This document shows, in pieces, positions 12,101 to 19,973 of a stretch of DNA of 64,000 bases; position 1 is the stretch's first letter; every line of letters begins with the position of its first letter. The position numbers and the translations under genes are program-made. The DNA comes from an uncultured virus (IMG/VR IMGVR_UViG_3300037634_003213) (taxonomy: Duplodnaviria > Heunggongvirae > Uroviricota > Caudoviricetes). The DNA lies in IMG/VR virus record IMGVR_UViG_3300037634_003213. One strand, given 5' to 3'. Under the pieces are notes generated by a model. That model saw only the letters and a list, made by a program, of their open reading frames with translations, searched no databases and had not been told where the DNA came from.

Positions 12101-13630
12101 AGGCAATTGCGCTACCGTGCTGCCTACCTGGGTTACAGTTTGAAAAGATGTTTTAAACGCTGTACCGGAACCGCTAAAATCGATCTCTGGGCCATAGGGA
12201 TTTACTGCTTTAAAAACAGGATTGGCGAACATAGCCGTGTTGCCCCACCAACTATCCTGCATGTGGCCCGCCCTGGTCGCCCACGGGTCTTCACCCAATT
12301 CATTTTCACTAACAATTCTGAGCCTTCTGTCCGGCCATAAATCACTGGGGATTTGCTGGATTATTCTGTTCAGCCTTTTGGTAATCTCTTCGCCATCACG
12401 CCCAGAGTCAAGCATTTCTTGCCTGACCCGCCAAATATCAATCGCTGCTTTTACCCGTTCAGCGACCTGACTATTTGTTGGATATGTATCGATGTCATTC
12501 CAGTCTTCTTCACCGCTACGTTTGGCACCGCCTCTCTTCTTCCATTCAGAAACCCAGTCAGAAGGCTGTGCGATCCAAGTGCTTTCTATAGAGCCCACTT
12601 CCTTGGATCGTTTTGCCTCCTTAAGAAAAGCATCTCTCTGCTGAACATATTGGCCAAGCACATCTATAAATGAAGCGTTGCCCAACGCAATGTTGTTTTG
12701 CTGTTCCAAATGTTCGTTGTAAGTCTTTAATTCTTCTTCACTAGCTTTTCCTAAATGAGCCCGAATCTCAACCGTTTCATACCAGGGCCTAAACTGCCCA
12801 GTATCTGGGTGTGCTGCATCTTTGTGTGCTTTTTCTGCCGGATGACCGGGGTAAACGACGCGAGGATTAAACGTCTGATCACGATTTCTCCACCACCTCT
12901 GGCCTCGCGATTGGCCATAATACTTTTCAGAAACAGTTTCAGCATCAACATGCCAAGGGTTGACCTTACTGGACGCCCAGGATGCGACTGATCGCACCCC
13001 GCTACCAAGAGCGCTCTCGTTAGCTATTTCTCCAAAAGATTGAAATACTCCGGGCCGAAGAGTCAGGTTCTCTGCTTGCGTGACTCTATCCACAAGGTCT
13101 TGGCCTGAACTCTCGTGTCTAGAAGAAGTGGCTTGGAAAGATCGGGCTATAGCCTCATCTTCAGTGAGGCCCTCCGCTTGTTGAAGAGCGTCTTTTACAT
13201 TGTAAAACATCCTGTCTTCAAGACGCTCTTGATACGTTGCCGTTTGAGAATAGGAGCCAGGAACAGGGAACACCGACTCCCTTGGATAAAGCTTTCTGAG
13301 AAAAACACGTTCTGCGTTATCCTCTGCCTGGCCTTCTGCTGCCCAAGCTTCCGCTGCGCGATTCGGGCTGCTCGGATGTTCGCTAATAAGATTCAAGTAT
13401 TCTATGGATTTCTTATCTCTTTCCTCATCAGTCAACCCTGGGGTGGTTTCGTCAACAAACTGATTGGCCGCCTCAATGTACCTTCTTTGAAGGTCTTCAC
13501 CATGCACGATGTCAATCGTTGGAGGCTCTCTCTCCATGTAGCCTTCAGGGACCGTTACAAGATCTTCGTATTCGTCATCAATAGACGAGGTGGCTACCCT
13601 TACGGGGCCAAGAGGCGGCAGCTTAGCCAT
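146..13630 (-). CDS. Giant (4494 aa) internal virion/DNA-ejection polyvalent protein with two zincin HExxH motifs and an HhH-GPD-like region
   Basis: Single 13.5-kb ORF at the end of the tail/ejection cluster; motifs FLHELGH...EWFAE, LHELVH...EFVAY, FLSMQT...PGMATK...AIDIH; C-terminal A..A...FDY..L..FE....R..F.FY pattern typical of large phage ejection proteins. Confidence 0.75.
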   Translation of the reverse strand: MAKLPPLGPVRVATSSIDDEYEDLVTVPEGYMEREPPTIDIVHGEDLQRRYIEAANQFVDETTPGLTDEERDKKSIEYLNLISEHPSSPNRAAEAWAAEGQAEDNAERVFLRKLYPRESVFPVPGSYSQTATYQERLEDRMFYNVKDALQQAEGLTEDEAIARSFQATSSRHESSGQDLVDRVTQAENLTLRPGVFQSFGEIANESALGSGVRSVASWASSKVNPWHVDAETVSEKYYGQSRGQRWWRNRDQTFNPRVVYPGHPAEKAHKDAAHPDTGQFRPWYETVEIRAHLGKASEEELKTYNEHLEQQNNIALGNASFIDVLGQYVQQRDAFLKEAKRSKEVGSIESTWIAQPSDWVSEWKKRGGAKRSGEEDWNDIDTYPTNSQVAERVKAAIDIWRVRQEMLDSGRDGEEITKRLNRIIQQIPSDLWPDRRLRIVSENELGEDPWATRAGHMQDSWWGNTAMFANPVFKAVNPYGPEIDFSGSGTAFKTSFQTVTQVGSTVAQLPVRIGDALGIDVPGSDFGQINTALWGSEVAEDFKKFFDNEELISDDPSVRKAEFTKMFLGKSRDDIRVNDYLLDVPSFSEFKDEFLKAQNYPVQPPQALSIYVENPDVLYLHPAIYRIIQGAKERAEDEGVYLEEYVHSDDGWETIESQLNRQKLYTLPGKIGSGVFKKMGGYEGIRKNIERQTAAREAMYGPEDRKVGDFAIQTLGNAMTDSRYLEDGTTVTIDENGAGTFLRVGGEFFAGPISEIAMDVISDPIMAIGDQFGAWDWDGRASDRGSINDSWSGMDPYGAAGFMDRLGETALGLGYDKNSSFYKASIATGLGLDFLVPVEEMGLATLARPFVGTARLRKIYKDMPGAPIALDTMRAAYLADGIYGFGSLWKKVAPVEDIADYQKAVDTATTGAAKRRADTVERLGRRDLREVIFGDPELSLAKKRMREAKSRQRGFMGWRNAIPGMGPAPLTKKFGGMHDLTSMMAGELFNKNLLQGRNPLEGFGPKFRSNVFEVMRRGGIAAEDVNRVLKDSSKMRTAKFLSEAAARLDSVDDYTKGIRESASYSRLRDELEAANERNPLNYKSLEGIDVVDSLMAMIETHAVGLARVRGLEEGSKAIETYMESLLNDIKSGRSVEPPSMTIGSRAGEVDSAKQALVDSIPADELRTVDVDLSDEAQLNALSDAAQFEIVNAVGDKARLRSMGMDMLVTLISRTTHKSDIGADLLGEISHRLAKEFADMPATAQSKFDDFVELLSRAEDNMLARFSDEATLDSVRKLFDNVLEDVSERVRRARETLDDAGEAKVSAAQANAGRAQIAQSIRALAEKGFLEVDQAAVLEALVMSLPERVLRDIRLNDQIAGIAQGASARTTELLTEGGAVDRLISSVDFFGYADEIGTMKAAESSFLIGANLDEIFEAIRYKRDDNQGFRSVAIRFLSDRKNPKTGKTYTSRELSERYVDAETWMKRQEGEVFSAEKTEQLVSQFEHALDSYKRGSDRVGPRTYQFLHELGHGVAMSFLADSEIAILSKAFRDELDDFGLFRDTPYTRNFQTMTDIQFNEWFAENFAEFVITHRLPNVVATQRGAGDLLRIFNNLMERMSNWFNSWYRRAPRARTDFHPALSTLVDRLFDDKAAGMASRREVALRRATGFQVRMADEGVFSALSRQRAGLDGQYIPDLDEVEVAQDLLRMEEELPPAELRMAEAPPTDVVQAEKSNVPTDVGLGELTLGEANAAMRQAKTGTELAEFIAENADNPVHQRIAERIKPHLGDTEVHVIEGREDIPKAVYDMEKKGTLPNKIAYKLTLISAHESRLSVVTSGLNWSPAGDAFNDVFLRGNEAFSGTTAEAALHELVHAATVRRLFDGNRPANKGTALQKATADIFDLRNQVVKLAKQAQKEKILDAATEEVLISATGNVKEFVAYGLTNKTFQDYLMTIKVEDKSMWNVFVEKIADLLGVAKKDHNALTELIRVTDELLDAPLEELASRPKTEFISLMEKPVKGAAKAPESIEMQILMKRAAEAEESLSKATAVGTKRLYERRLNTANRRIEALRESQGVAEPTTKVATGPTGSSDLLDIDGAVDRLGPDIRQVLNERDALDSGHFSEELAAEFDLSSEKIGGTPHAVVDFEVDSGLKQRVFNSEITSYQAEILKQRMGSASPLEDISTDTKFTVERIVETPEGTRIERSEVSGPVYPMLKATGFGGEQGMKVLIPGGKEGVFSFADVQYLARRPIEMITDEAAGKWWSDVGEGLFGKPDTLGNFDEIIEQYKEAYTAMVEEMYDKLHSGYGLEAKRPNIEDFFSENRFINNEARAEWAQQMEVHLMDVASQYVFAFLSMQTNLLDNQMFAAVARPRSMRDLADMVGRARAASINKGSPLTRNEANHILGFSITIGTKALKDRFGKKQILLDVETNVLPIIEIRDWTKPGGPLIEVQSVDIASLNANKIAGKARKALGRYTKFKRQVEKIESRIPKIKDAAKRRRAKSQLKKAIKEMEAADMAHRAVLNSVSSTDVIALTGDIVLSSPADTAKLLEMYDMMYEDFVKVQRGDLKQSFFERYPDEAWDAFSDRVSSMVPGMATKISAFGIYWQNPIAATISAIDIHQIGIIGKKFLKEERWQNKARGWYDDWRTIKSKAAKKHLEEVAEAQLIRKSKKNKAPSTKAIKARAKQILNDQRKRRESVSFEQFLKADKSNPGYTFWRDQLRTEITTPQRLQVHPVGVSEYRKAFPTKNIDSKKVRQVMADVKANTKLTPKQRADRVGKLEDAIKAHEHIESAEKMFGSDHPIVDKFIRDLSREKDGTKYVEVMSPDYKEVLESMARDVQERDVLGNVATRSHVIWDEWRGYLDPHVIVQPGSTMLPAVRPAALKSIIKSLEATFPEIKDPRVQADLTSRHSRLVSGLFGAGFRDLHSSFKEGRFGGTAPFEGRPLPTEMSKGALYMREGGPPSTPLNILISAGRDLSDLFNKGDASVLFKENSNALLYLMAEEFPEMMEVFTNKFDSIVGENGVTTLTGRGRAEVSDAFVDFWHSRNVDDPQVDMAFHGIKDKLAVFWRRIRHRADRTNPAVRRYFDEWLGVLNDAKKEAMFDVSDSAEFKSIPRVPLKESVLETEVVAKGGRSKEATRIDLDEGRIRHALELGDDVTEVDTFKTMQKAVEYVSREMSRTKYTNNWLSFSTRSIVPARMLPRYLEEVQLRTYSVFGDPHALKKQMKKVPKERAKLDRFGDEIIGEDGMPEWEVATEILPDGREVPVEITVFELTELQQVNLKSLLLELYADPRTKDPVRMVLGEYLGPHGDLSVLPEAHYDFITREMLRDHVVGVGTGLTKEMKKVPKSLGYAAVQNVLSSRGFKWFGGDIIVRSLKKKFKTRAPLAHVRKSKTGKETSVDTEVVSPIVKELFMRRSRQIDDIPNWIRRVQKSLKEGRMASGVWETLEGLKEVLEQPISNQSYRTLDNVEVYFDSQRGISFDVVVERLDDIQIAFADNRLMLPTERKAIELLREIDLIKRTEPERTVLRNGKVEIKDPLMREAIAEAYLVLGEGISRRLHMADDAVETIIVGMAGSPEAARKIFNRKDGSFTERGDAIALYNLFYRGEWGEVLRTFANKGYSTGTALKYPGRYNLAHAMLETIVRLRAQSIFKGLINDMTDMGMAVKVEDLAPSSIRSITEKRAFAERVRLYLNDEMKFGGVGHLVDESGSLLHEGLQSRLEGPRFLAEGGGKLQGSGPGAGLLSKQARKRLSKEGGYRRTQATMGDVVTKVVVDDLEAYTVAQDLIEKWGMKYGANIENWELTRFSDGSEALTPKLFLDEINDAVDRVAGTASARAGRSRLKTESGHLPEAEALPGLLNRAKRVKNKLHKDYINSADLMNFTMNTFSWSYRMTKMGLTSGIFMVNLPYYVANAFGAQLQVYQKVGMRGYFSSMSHPRIALEVSAALWGRTPTMRFSKIKPIVTPDGTVWSREAITKSCHEHGLSGSFLSMETARSIAADLKKNEPSFWEKMTGETEYEKLPYKEVDYPGFAGVELPGPVRSLRFYHEQLINFATFIDNYHRVALFTEGLGRGLSPADAAKSARSALFDYSDLTPFEKKYMRQIFIFYSFQRKNLDLFWDTFLTNPHRIMGQFRLARGVNRVFLDGDETLIESDYSVGRLGLMFVRNSANRMVQMNRYNAPILPAMEAIKGQLDFFSFVGSFLPTDNVILRQKRMKNQLRFMSRLNPWIQAPMAMTIQKSFFRGTKMREERIPTFWAQHDILTTGGMMLRGVGGRVRAIKEFEEQEFPGQTHVWEAAEIMNWYLLQNIWHGPVPVMPMREDTPGTSWMGDVGEVIDYTPIGLLARLQPIKGFKEGTLGVAPAGRMIDSLNRFGRAGMIIPQLLDADLKYYKHLVRIEKRGKLVDDKRLGEGEDFDKAMNALGFQIDPETGDIDFQQGPEGEPIRGARPRIGVDEGWKSILFGVQQMPTEDAAILMHYYRTQRALQGAVGELEAKTRDRPLDISDRYQPEGSD

Positions 13631-13633
13631 AGG

Positions 13634-16600
13634 TTATGTTCCTTCTGGCATTGAGTTTTGGAGAAGCTCGTCGTTTGTCGGCTCGGCAGGGACGTTCAGC
13701 AAATACCATTCGTTCATAGCGTCTCGAATCATTGCCCACCGCGCCTGATCCTCATCTGACAGTTCCTTCAACTTCTGGTCAAACTCGTAATTGTTCGCCA
13801 CCTCTCTAACCGCATCAACCAACTCGATTGAATTCTGAAAGCCTTTTCTAAGGTGTTTCAACTGGCCTTCAGGGTCTCGGCCAATGTCGCGGACAACATC
13901 AACAACCCCTCGCTGCGTCATGGCTCCATCGGGAGTGAAGGCAGGTTGTTTTGCCTCTGGAAAGTAGCTTGACGAAGGCGTTCGTATCGGTGGAGGGGCA
14001 GGCTTGGGCTTGGGCTTGGTCTTGGTCTTGGGAAAGTAGCTTGACGAAGGCGCTTGTATCTGTGGAGCAGCGGGGGGCTCAGTTGGCACTGAGGAATCAC
14101 CAACATCCTTTAATGTCCAATCAAGCCACGTATCGTACTGTTCCTGCCATAGCTCTGGCTCTTTATCAGAATCCGCAGTGATTTTTGGTTCACCACCGGG
14201 CTTCTTTGTTGGAGGGTCCATCTCGATTTCGCTTGGGTCGATAGACTCAAACTCAAACTCAAACCCACCTGGTGTAAAATCCTCCCCCACTCCGATTTCG
14301 CCAACGACCGATGGAAAATCAGGAAGGTCAGACTCCTCGTCTTCTTCCGGCTCGGGAGGAGGAGAAGGCGCAACATCAAATGTCTCGTCTTCACGAAAGT
14401 CCTGACCCAACTTCACCTTATCTGGGGCTCCACGACCTCCAAGATTTGGACCTTTTTCAGATGTTAAGCCTGGAAGAACTAATTCCCTATTGGGTTCTTC
14501 ACCAGGGGTCCGCAATTCGTAGGTGTAGTCTGGCTCTGGAAGCTCTTTTTCATCAACGGAAAGGCCGGTCATCTCTTCTGCAAGACCCCCCTCTCTCCGA
14601 AGGCCTTTGAGATCATACGGAAACAAACCATCTACACTGCCTCTCTTCCCGCCCAAGGGGCCCTCAAGACCATACTCGCGATCCCCAACACTTGACTGAA
14701 GCTGCGCCGCCTTTTCACCAAGATCTTCCCCTTCTTCCGTGCCCTCCTTTTTGCCTATATCACCAGCAGCCTTAAACATGGCCTCCTCTTCATCCTGGGT
14801 GAGGACAGCAGAGGCTGGTGCCTCAGTTCCAAGACCACGGGAAACCGGGGGCTCAATGCGGTAAGCTGGGTCGTTCTCAACAAGGAAATCAATCGCTCCA
14901 GTGGCTTCACCAGAGAAGGTAAGGTGTTGATTTTGTTTAACAAGAAGGGCCTGTAGGGCCGCCTTATTGTCTTCAAGCTCCTGCAAAGCAGCCATAGCAT
15001 GGTCGTTTTTCTCGAAATTGGTCGGGGCTTCAAGTCCTGTTCCCAGGCGACTCCCTTCACGGCCCAAACCACCAGGCCCCACTTGTCCCCGCCTGCGCCG
15101 TGGCTCTGGTCGAGGCCCAACATCAGACTCTATGTCGCGGACTTGTTCTTCAAGAAGTTGAATCTCTTGACGAGTTGTGGAGATGGTGTCTTCATCAACA
15201 CTGGCTTGACCAATCGCGCCCGCGTTGAGAGATTGGATGACTAACAACCTTTCGCGGGGACCCATTGCGGACCACTCGGCTGCAACCCCTCTTTCTGAAC
15301 CGACAAGAGGCTTCAACTGATCATTGATTTGGCCGTACAAGTCATGCTGCTGTTCAGCCTTAAGTGCTCGACGCTCCTGCCTGTTAATGTTGGCAACCAA
15401 GGCCTCAATCTGTGGGTTTAAAATGTCTAACGACTCTGGGTCGCGGCTTACGCTTTCTTCAAGTTCTTTCAGTTGCCCACGAAGACTCACTGCCGCCGCG
15501 TCGGCCTGGTGCATCTCCTGAAGCGCTGAGCCCATCCGATCCCGCGCAAACCCATATTGACCTCGAATAGCCGTTTCATTCAGAACTTGATTCTCAACAA
15601 ACTCATTCGCGATCTTTCCACGCGCTCCAGAAATCATCATCCGACTTTCTTCTAAAGTCTCACGACGTACATCCTCATCCTCGATTCCCAAGACCTCATC
15701 AAGAATGGACTGCACATCTTCGTCAACGTACTCAAACGGTGTCATGCTTTGTGCAAAACTCTTTCGGCCAAGACGCCTCTCAAGAATGTCGCCCCTCTTG
15801 CCTTCCTGGGCTTCACGCTCAGCCATGACATCTGCGAGACGGGCCTCGTATTCCTTGATCAATCGATTGGTCTTGTCGGTCGTGACGTTGCTTTCAAGGC
15901 CAGGCGCAGGCCCTGTACTCGATGAGGATGATGAGCCGCCTGGACCGCCGAGGGTTGGGATGTCGGCAAGCGCTTTATCGCGGCTTGCTCTTATGGCGCT
16001 TAAAGCTTGTTGATGCTCAGCCCTGCCATAAAGGCGTAATCGCTCTTCCGAAGAATTAGAACCAAAGCCGCCGAGAACTGGCTCATCCCAAAGTGCTTGT
16101 CCAACTTGGTATTTATCATAGATAGCCGTCTTAAAAGACTCCGCTGCGTCAACCCCATGCTCCTTTCGAATCGCTAAATAAGCCTTAACAAAAAGCGTGC
16201 CGCCCTTTTCACCTTTAGGACTTTTATCATCTGGGTTTGCGTTGCCGCTTAAAGTATTCCAATAAGCAACCATGGCTTTCTGGGCGCTACCATTGTTTGT
16301 ATCAAAGTAATTAGGATTAGCCGCAAACCCAGTTTTTATCCCGGCAAGGAAATTTGTTCCTTCCACTGCCATGGTCGCATCAGCCCGTGCTGCGAGACCT
16401 TGACCCTTATCCCACATACCCTGAGCACCCTCCTCTTCTTTTCTGTAATCATCTCGGGTCTCTTCTATTAGTTTAAATTGGCGTGCCTTGGCCGCGCTTT
16501 GGTCTCTAGCGCCAACGCTGGATTTTTTAGTCATCGCCTGTCGTTTGGAAATAGACGCTTGCTCTCGGTTCAGCAGGTTGTTCTGCAACTTAGTGATGTT

Positions 16601-16795
16601 CTGCCGAAGACGAATCTCCTCGTCCTTCAGGCCCCGCTCTTTAGTGGCCTGCTCGTCAAGCTCGAAACGAGCAAGCTCTTGGTTCTTCTTGTTCGTAAGC
16701 GCAACGCGCGTGTACATATAGTCTACGAAAAAGTTTGACTGCGGCGTGTAAAACGTTCCGGTTCCGAACATGGGCTGAATAGTTCTGTAAGCCAT
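13634..16795 (-). CDS. Putative internal virion (ejection) protein, coiled-coil with acidic/Pro-rich C-terminal half
   Basis: 1053-aa ORF, AAGGAG SD, lies between small ejection proteins and the giant protein. Confidence 0.6.
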   Translation of the reverse strand: MAYRTIQPMFGTGTFYTPQSNFFVDYMYTRVALTNKKNQELARFELDEQATKERGLKDEEIRLRQNITKLQNNLLNREQASISKRQAMTKKSSVGARDQSAAKARQFKLIEETRDDYRKEEEGAQGMWDKGQGLAARADATMAVEGTNFLAGIKTGFAANPNYFDTNNGSAQKAMVAYWNTLSGNANPDDKSPKGEKGGTLFVKAYLAIRKEHGVDAAESFKTAIYDKYQVGQALWDEPVLGGFGSNSSEERLRLYGRAEHQQALSAIRASRDKALADIPTLGGPGGSSSSSSTGPAPGLESNVTTDKTNRLIKEYEARLADVMAEREAQEGKRGDILERRLGRKSFAQSMTPFEYVDEDVQSILDEVLGIEDEDVRRETLEESRMMISGARGKIANEFVENQVLNETAIRGQYGFARDRMGSALQEMHQADAAAVSLRGQLKELEESVSRDPESLDILNPQIEALVANINRQERRALKAEQQHDLYGQINDQLKPLVGSERGVAAEWSAMGPRERLLVIQSLNAGAIGQASVDEDTISTTRQEIQLLEEQVRDIESDVGPRPEPRRRRGQVGPGGLGREGSRLGTGLEAPTNFEKNDHAMAALQELEDNKAALQALLVKQNQHLTFSGEATGAIDFLVENDPAYRIEPPVSRGLGTEAPASAVLTQDEEEAMFKAAGDIGKKEGTEEGEDLGEKAAQLQSSVGDREYGLEGPLGGKRGSVDGLFPYDLKGLRREGGLAEEMTGLSVDEKELPEPDYTYELRTPGEEPNRELVLPGLTSEKGPNLGGRGAPDKVKLGQDFREDETFDVAPSPPPEPEEDEESDLPDFPSVVGEIGVGEDFTPGGFEFEFESIDPSEIEMDPPTKKPGGEPKITADSDKEPELWQEQYDTWLDWTLKDVGDSSVPTEPPAAPQIQAPSSSYFPKTKTKPKPKPAPPPIRTPSSSYFPEAKQPAFTPDGAMTQRGVVDVVRDIGRDPEGQLKHLRKGFQNSIELVDAVREVANNYEFDQKLKELSDEDQARWAMIRDAMNEWYLLNVPAEPTNDELLQNSMPEGT

Positions 16796-16804
16796 GGTGT
16801 CTCC

Positions 16805-18109
16805 TTACGGTGTCGCAGCTTGCGTAGTGGCAGCATCAGCAGCGGCCTTAGCTGCGGCTTGAGCCGCTTTTTCAGCCTTAAGCTGAACGTATGCGTAAGC
16901 CCTGGCCAGTTCTGTCTGGTCTTTTGCACCAGACGATAGGTTGTAAAACATGTCTTGGTACTGAGGGTCCAGCTTGGCAATGTCGGTAGACATGACCTCG
17001 ATTCCTCTGTTGACACCAAACTGAGCGGCAACTGGGGCGAGACCTTTTAAGAGACCCTCCACTGCCTGCATTCTTGCAGTTCTGATTTGAGAAACATAGG
17101 CCACTGCGGAGTTGTATTTGGCCGTCTTTTCTTTTGCGGCTTCAAGCCCAAGCGCAGTAGCGTTCGCCTCAAGCTCGGCTTCCCCCACTGTGAAGGCGCT
17201 CATCATTGCATTTCTAATGTCTTGCTGCGCTCCAGCATCCACGTTGCCCGCTGACGCGGCTATGTCTTCCTGCATCCCACGACCAAGCTCGGTGCGACGA
17301 TTTAACGCTGCGCGTCCTCGATCCATGGACTCTCTACGAACCTGTTCCCCGTACTTCTGTGGAGCATCGCCGCCCCACTCATCCACGGTCTCTTGGGCTA
17401 ACTTTTGTGCTTCAGTTGGTATGAATGCTGACGCAGCTTGGAGTCCGCCTATGCCTAAAGCTAACCCTGTTTGCACACCAATGTCTTTCCATCGATTAGC
17501 TGAATCTATCTGCGCAGCAGTCTTAGGCGGACCCTGCTTTGGATCTGGGGTAGTGCCAAGTGTTTGGATTGTGGCGTCTTGTATTGGGAAGGGTACACTT
17601 GGGCTGCCACCAGGTGCGCCAAGCGCGGCGTCAACGGACAGCGCCTCGCGGTCCACCGCCGCTTGCTGTTGTTGGTTTGCTTGATATTGCTTAAACTGAG
17701 AAGAGCCCATCGGGACGCCGCCAACAGAGAAGAATCCTGCTTGCTGCCCAGGCTCATACAGGCTGGGGTCTTGACCCCTGTACCCAGGTTGCGCTGGTTG
17801 CGCTGGTTGTGCTGGCTGTGCAGGATAGAAACTGAGGTCGTCCTCACCGGGTTGTACATCAAACTCAGAAATCAGTCGACCCATGGCGTCGTATCGATTC
17901 GGCGGGGTTTGGGGTTGAGCCATGATTTCTTCGAATGCTTGGCCTGACCTCTGGGCATACGCCGCCTGCGCTGCTGCACGTGCCCGTGCGCTTGCTTCAT
18001 GCATACTCGAAAGTGCCGTCGCGGAGCCGGTGGCTCCGTACCCAGGATCTCCTGGCACGCTTACCCAGCCTCCTTGCATATTATTTCTTTGTGGGTCCCA
18101 ATAAGGCAT
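16805..18109 (-). CDS. Putative internal virion/ejection protein (Ala/Gln-rich)
   Basis: 434-aa ORF with a hydrophobic GLALGIGGL segment; synteny. Confidence 0.55.
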   Translation of the reverse strand: MPYWDPQRNNMQGGWVSVPGDPGYGATGSATALSSMHEASARARAAAQAAYAQRSGQAFEEIMAQPQTPPNRYDAMGRLISEFDVQPGEDDLSFYPAQPAQPAQPAQPGYRGQDPSLYEPGQQAGFFSVGGVPMGSSQFKQYQANQQQQAAVDREALSVDAALGAPGGSPSVPFPIQDATIQTLGTTPDPKQGPPKTAAQIDSANRWKDIGVQTGLALGIGGLQAASAFIPTEAQKLAQETVDEWGGDAPQKYGEQVRRESMDRGRAALNRRTELGRGMQEDIAASAGNVDAGAQQDIRNAMMSAFTVGEAELEANATALGLEAAKEKTAKYNSAVAYVSQIRTARMQAVEGLLKGLAPVAAQFGVNRGIEVMSTDIAKLDPQYQDMFYNLSSGAKDQTELARAYAYVQLKAEKAAQAAAKAAADAATTQAATP

Positions 18110-18112
18110 ATC

Positions 18113-18589
18113 TCAACTCCATCCAAACTTGTTCATTACAGTTCTGCGATACGGGTCCATCGGCATTCTGCCACCGGCTTGCATTGGCATGCTGGATGCC
18201 AAGACGCTCATGTCAGACGGGGCTGCTGGCAAGGAAACGGATCGCATTGTACCGCCTCCTTTTGACGCCGTCGCTGCTGCTGCTTGGGCTGAACGAGAGG
18301 CATCCTCTGACATTCTTTCGAGCTTCTTTGCCTGCTTGGCCTTTTCGTTCTCAGCTTTCCGGTCATAGTCGTCCATGAACATCCCGGCGACACCGCCGAC
18401 AAGGAAACCAACACCAGCGCCAATAGCAGTGCCAATACCTGGGGCAACCCCAGTGCCAATCGTTGCACCAAGCGAAGCGTATTCGGCACCCATCGTAAGA
18501 CCGCTCTTTGCAGACGCTTCTACCTCCTTTCTCCAAGACGCTTTCTTCTCTTCGTCAGAGAGGCCAGTACCGCCGTATGCATCAGCCAT
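18113..18589 (-). CDS. Putative DNA pilot/ejection protein with glycine zipper
   Basis: GATIGTGVAPGIGTAIGAGVGFLVGGVAG glycine-zipper transmembrane segment; position after tail genes. Confidence 0.6.
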   Translation of the reverse strand: MADAYGGTGLSDEEKKASWRKEVEASAKSGLTMGAEYASLGATIGTGVAPGIGTAIGAGVGFLVGGVAGMFMDDYDRKAENEKAKQAKKLERMSEDASRSAQAAAATASKGGGTMRSVSLPAAPSDMSVLASSMPMQAGGRMPMDPYRRTVMNKFGWS

Positions 18590-19167
18590 TATGGATTCCC
18601 CGAAGAAATGATAAACCAGTTAGTCCCGTTCGATATAATAGTAACCCATGAGTACCTATCACTATAGGTTTTTGTGGCTGCCCCATCAATGGTTTCAGAC
18701 CCGTTAGCGGCTAAAATCACAGCGTTTGCAGCGAAGAGCTTCTTAAAGCTCAACACCATATTTGTGCATGTTGCCGCTGCTGGAAGCCCAACGGTAACAT
18801 CACCGCCTGATGTGCCCACCAAGTAAAAGGTTGCTGTCCCAACGGTGACATCGCCATCAGAGGTGATGACCGTGCCTGCGTGCAAGCCTATTCTTTTGAA
18901 AGACCAATCGTCGGTAAGATCGGCAGCAGCAGCAGGAATTGCTCCCGCCATAGCTATTGGGTTATTCGCTCTTTGCGCTAACGAAGTTGCTGTAGATATT
19001 TCTGCGGACAATTCTCTGGAAAGCTGGTTTTTTCCTATCGTTTGTCTTGGAATATCTCTGCTTTGAATTCTGATCGAACGCATTGAGGTAGACTCAAGCT
19101 CTTCAACAAGCCCGTCAAAATCACGCTGATCCGGTGCCTTTGAAGAATGTCGCCCCTTCCAAGCCAT
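18589..19167 (-). CDS. Tail fibre-like structural protein
   Basis: C-terminal VTVGLPAA...ETIDG...IISNGTNWFI domain common in phage fibre proteins. Confidence 0.55.
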   Translation of the reverse strand: MAWKGRHSSKAPDQRDFDGLVEELESTSMRSIRIQSRDIPRQTIGKNQLSRELSAEISTATSLAQRANNPIAMAGAIPAAAADLTDDWSFKRIGLHAGTVITSDGDVTVGTATFYLVGTSGGDVTVGLPAAATCTNMVLSFKKLFAANAVILAANGSETIDGAATKTYSDRYSWVTIISNGTNWFIISSGNP

Positions 19168-19970
19168 TACGTTGCCGCATTGAAATGCGCATCAACAACG
19201 CAAGAGCGTGCTCGCACAAATATGTTTTGAGAGTTTACTCCGTCTGCGGCTGTAAAAGGAGATGACCCTCCACCATTTTGGGGATTGCAACGAATCCCGA
19301 CATTGTAAATACCTGCCGTAAGATCAAACACATGATGGGTAGACATTTGCTTGGCAGCGCTCTTTGACCAACCAGTAATGTCAGTGTTTTGTTTATCATT
19401 AGTAACCTTTACGCTTGAGTAAAGCCTGCGTCTTGTGGCTGCATATTGAGTCAATGATGCCGTTGTTCCATCCATTTTTTGAGAATACAAAGCAAAGTCT
19501 GCGGCAACGTAATTAGGGTTGTTTAGAAACTCTGTTTCGAGGACATTCGATGCATTGCATTGTTGTAAAGCCGAGTTTCCTGTTTCCCAGGCAAGCCAGC
19601 TTGCTGTGTAGATCACGGTCATTGGGCGATAAACTTTAATGGTTACGTTGAGGCCATTAACTGGCTCCCAGTTGTTCAAGCCTGACCCCGATCCTCCGCC
19701 ACGGGCTTCCGCGTGGAAAATCTCTGCTCCTACCTTGTCGGGCGTATGAACTCTATACCGGGTCGTTCCAGTGCAGAACTCTGCGCGGTCATCTGAACCA
19801 CCGATAAACTCAGGCCGCAAAACGTGACCCTTTGTTACCCACTCTCCATGAGAAAGGTCACCAGCAACTGAACCGCCATTCAGCCAGGTTTCAAAGTTTC
19901 CGATCCGACCCTTAAGGTCCGACTCTGTAATCGCGTTGCCGTCAACGAATGGTGTGTTTGTAAATGCCAT
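19167..19970 (-). CDS. Putative tail/fibre structural protein
   Basis: 267-aa beta-rich ORF, translationally coupled within the tail cluster. Confidence 0.5.
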   Translation of the reverse strand: MAFTNTPFVDGNAITESDLKGRIGNFETWLNGGSVAGDLSHGEWVTKGHVLRPEFIGGSDDRAEFCTGTTRYRVHTPDKVGAEIFHAEARGGGSGSGLNNWEPVNGLNVTIKVYRPMTVIYTASWLAWETGNSALQQCNASNVLETEFLNNPNYVAADFALYSQKMDGTTASLTQYAATRRRLYSSVKVTNDKQNTDITGWSKSAAKQMSTHHVFDLTAGIYNVGIRCNPQNGGGSSPFTAADGVNSQNIFVRARSCVVDAHFNAAT

Positions 19971-19973
19971 AAA

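Noticed and set aside
13959..14052. 22-bp direct repeat (13959, 14031) as an att or mobile-element end
   Set aside because: In-frame PSSSYFP peptide repeat flanking a KP/KT linker in a low-complexity region
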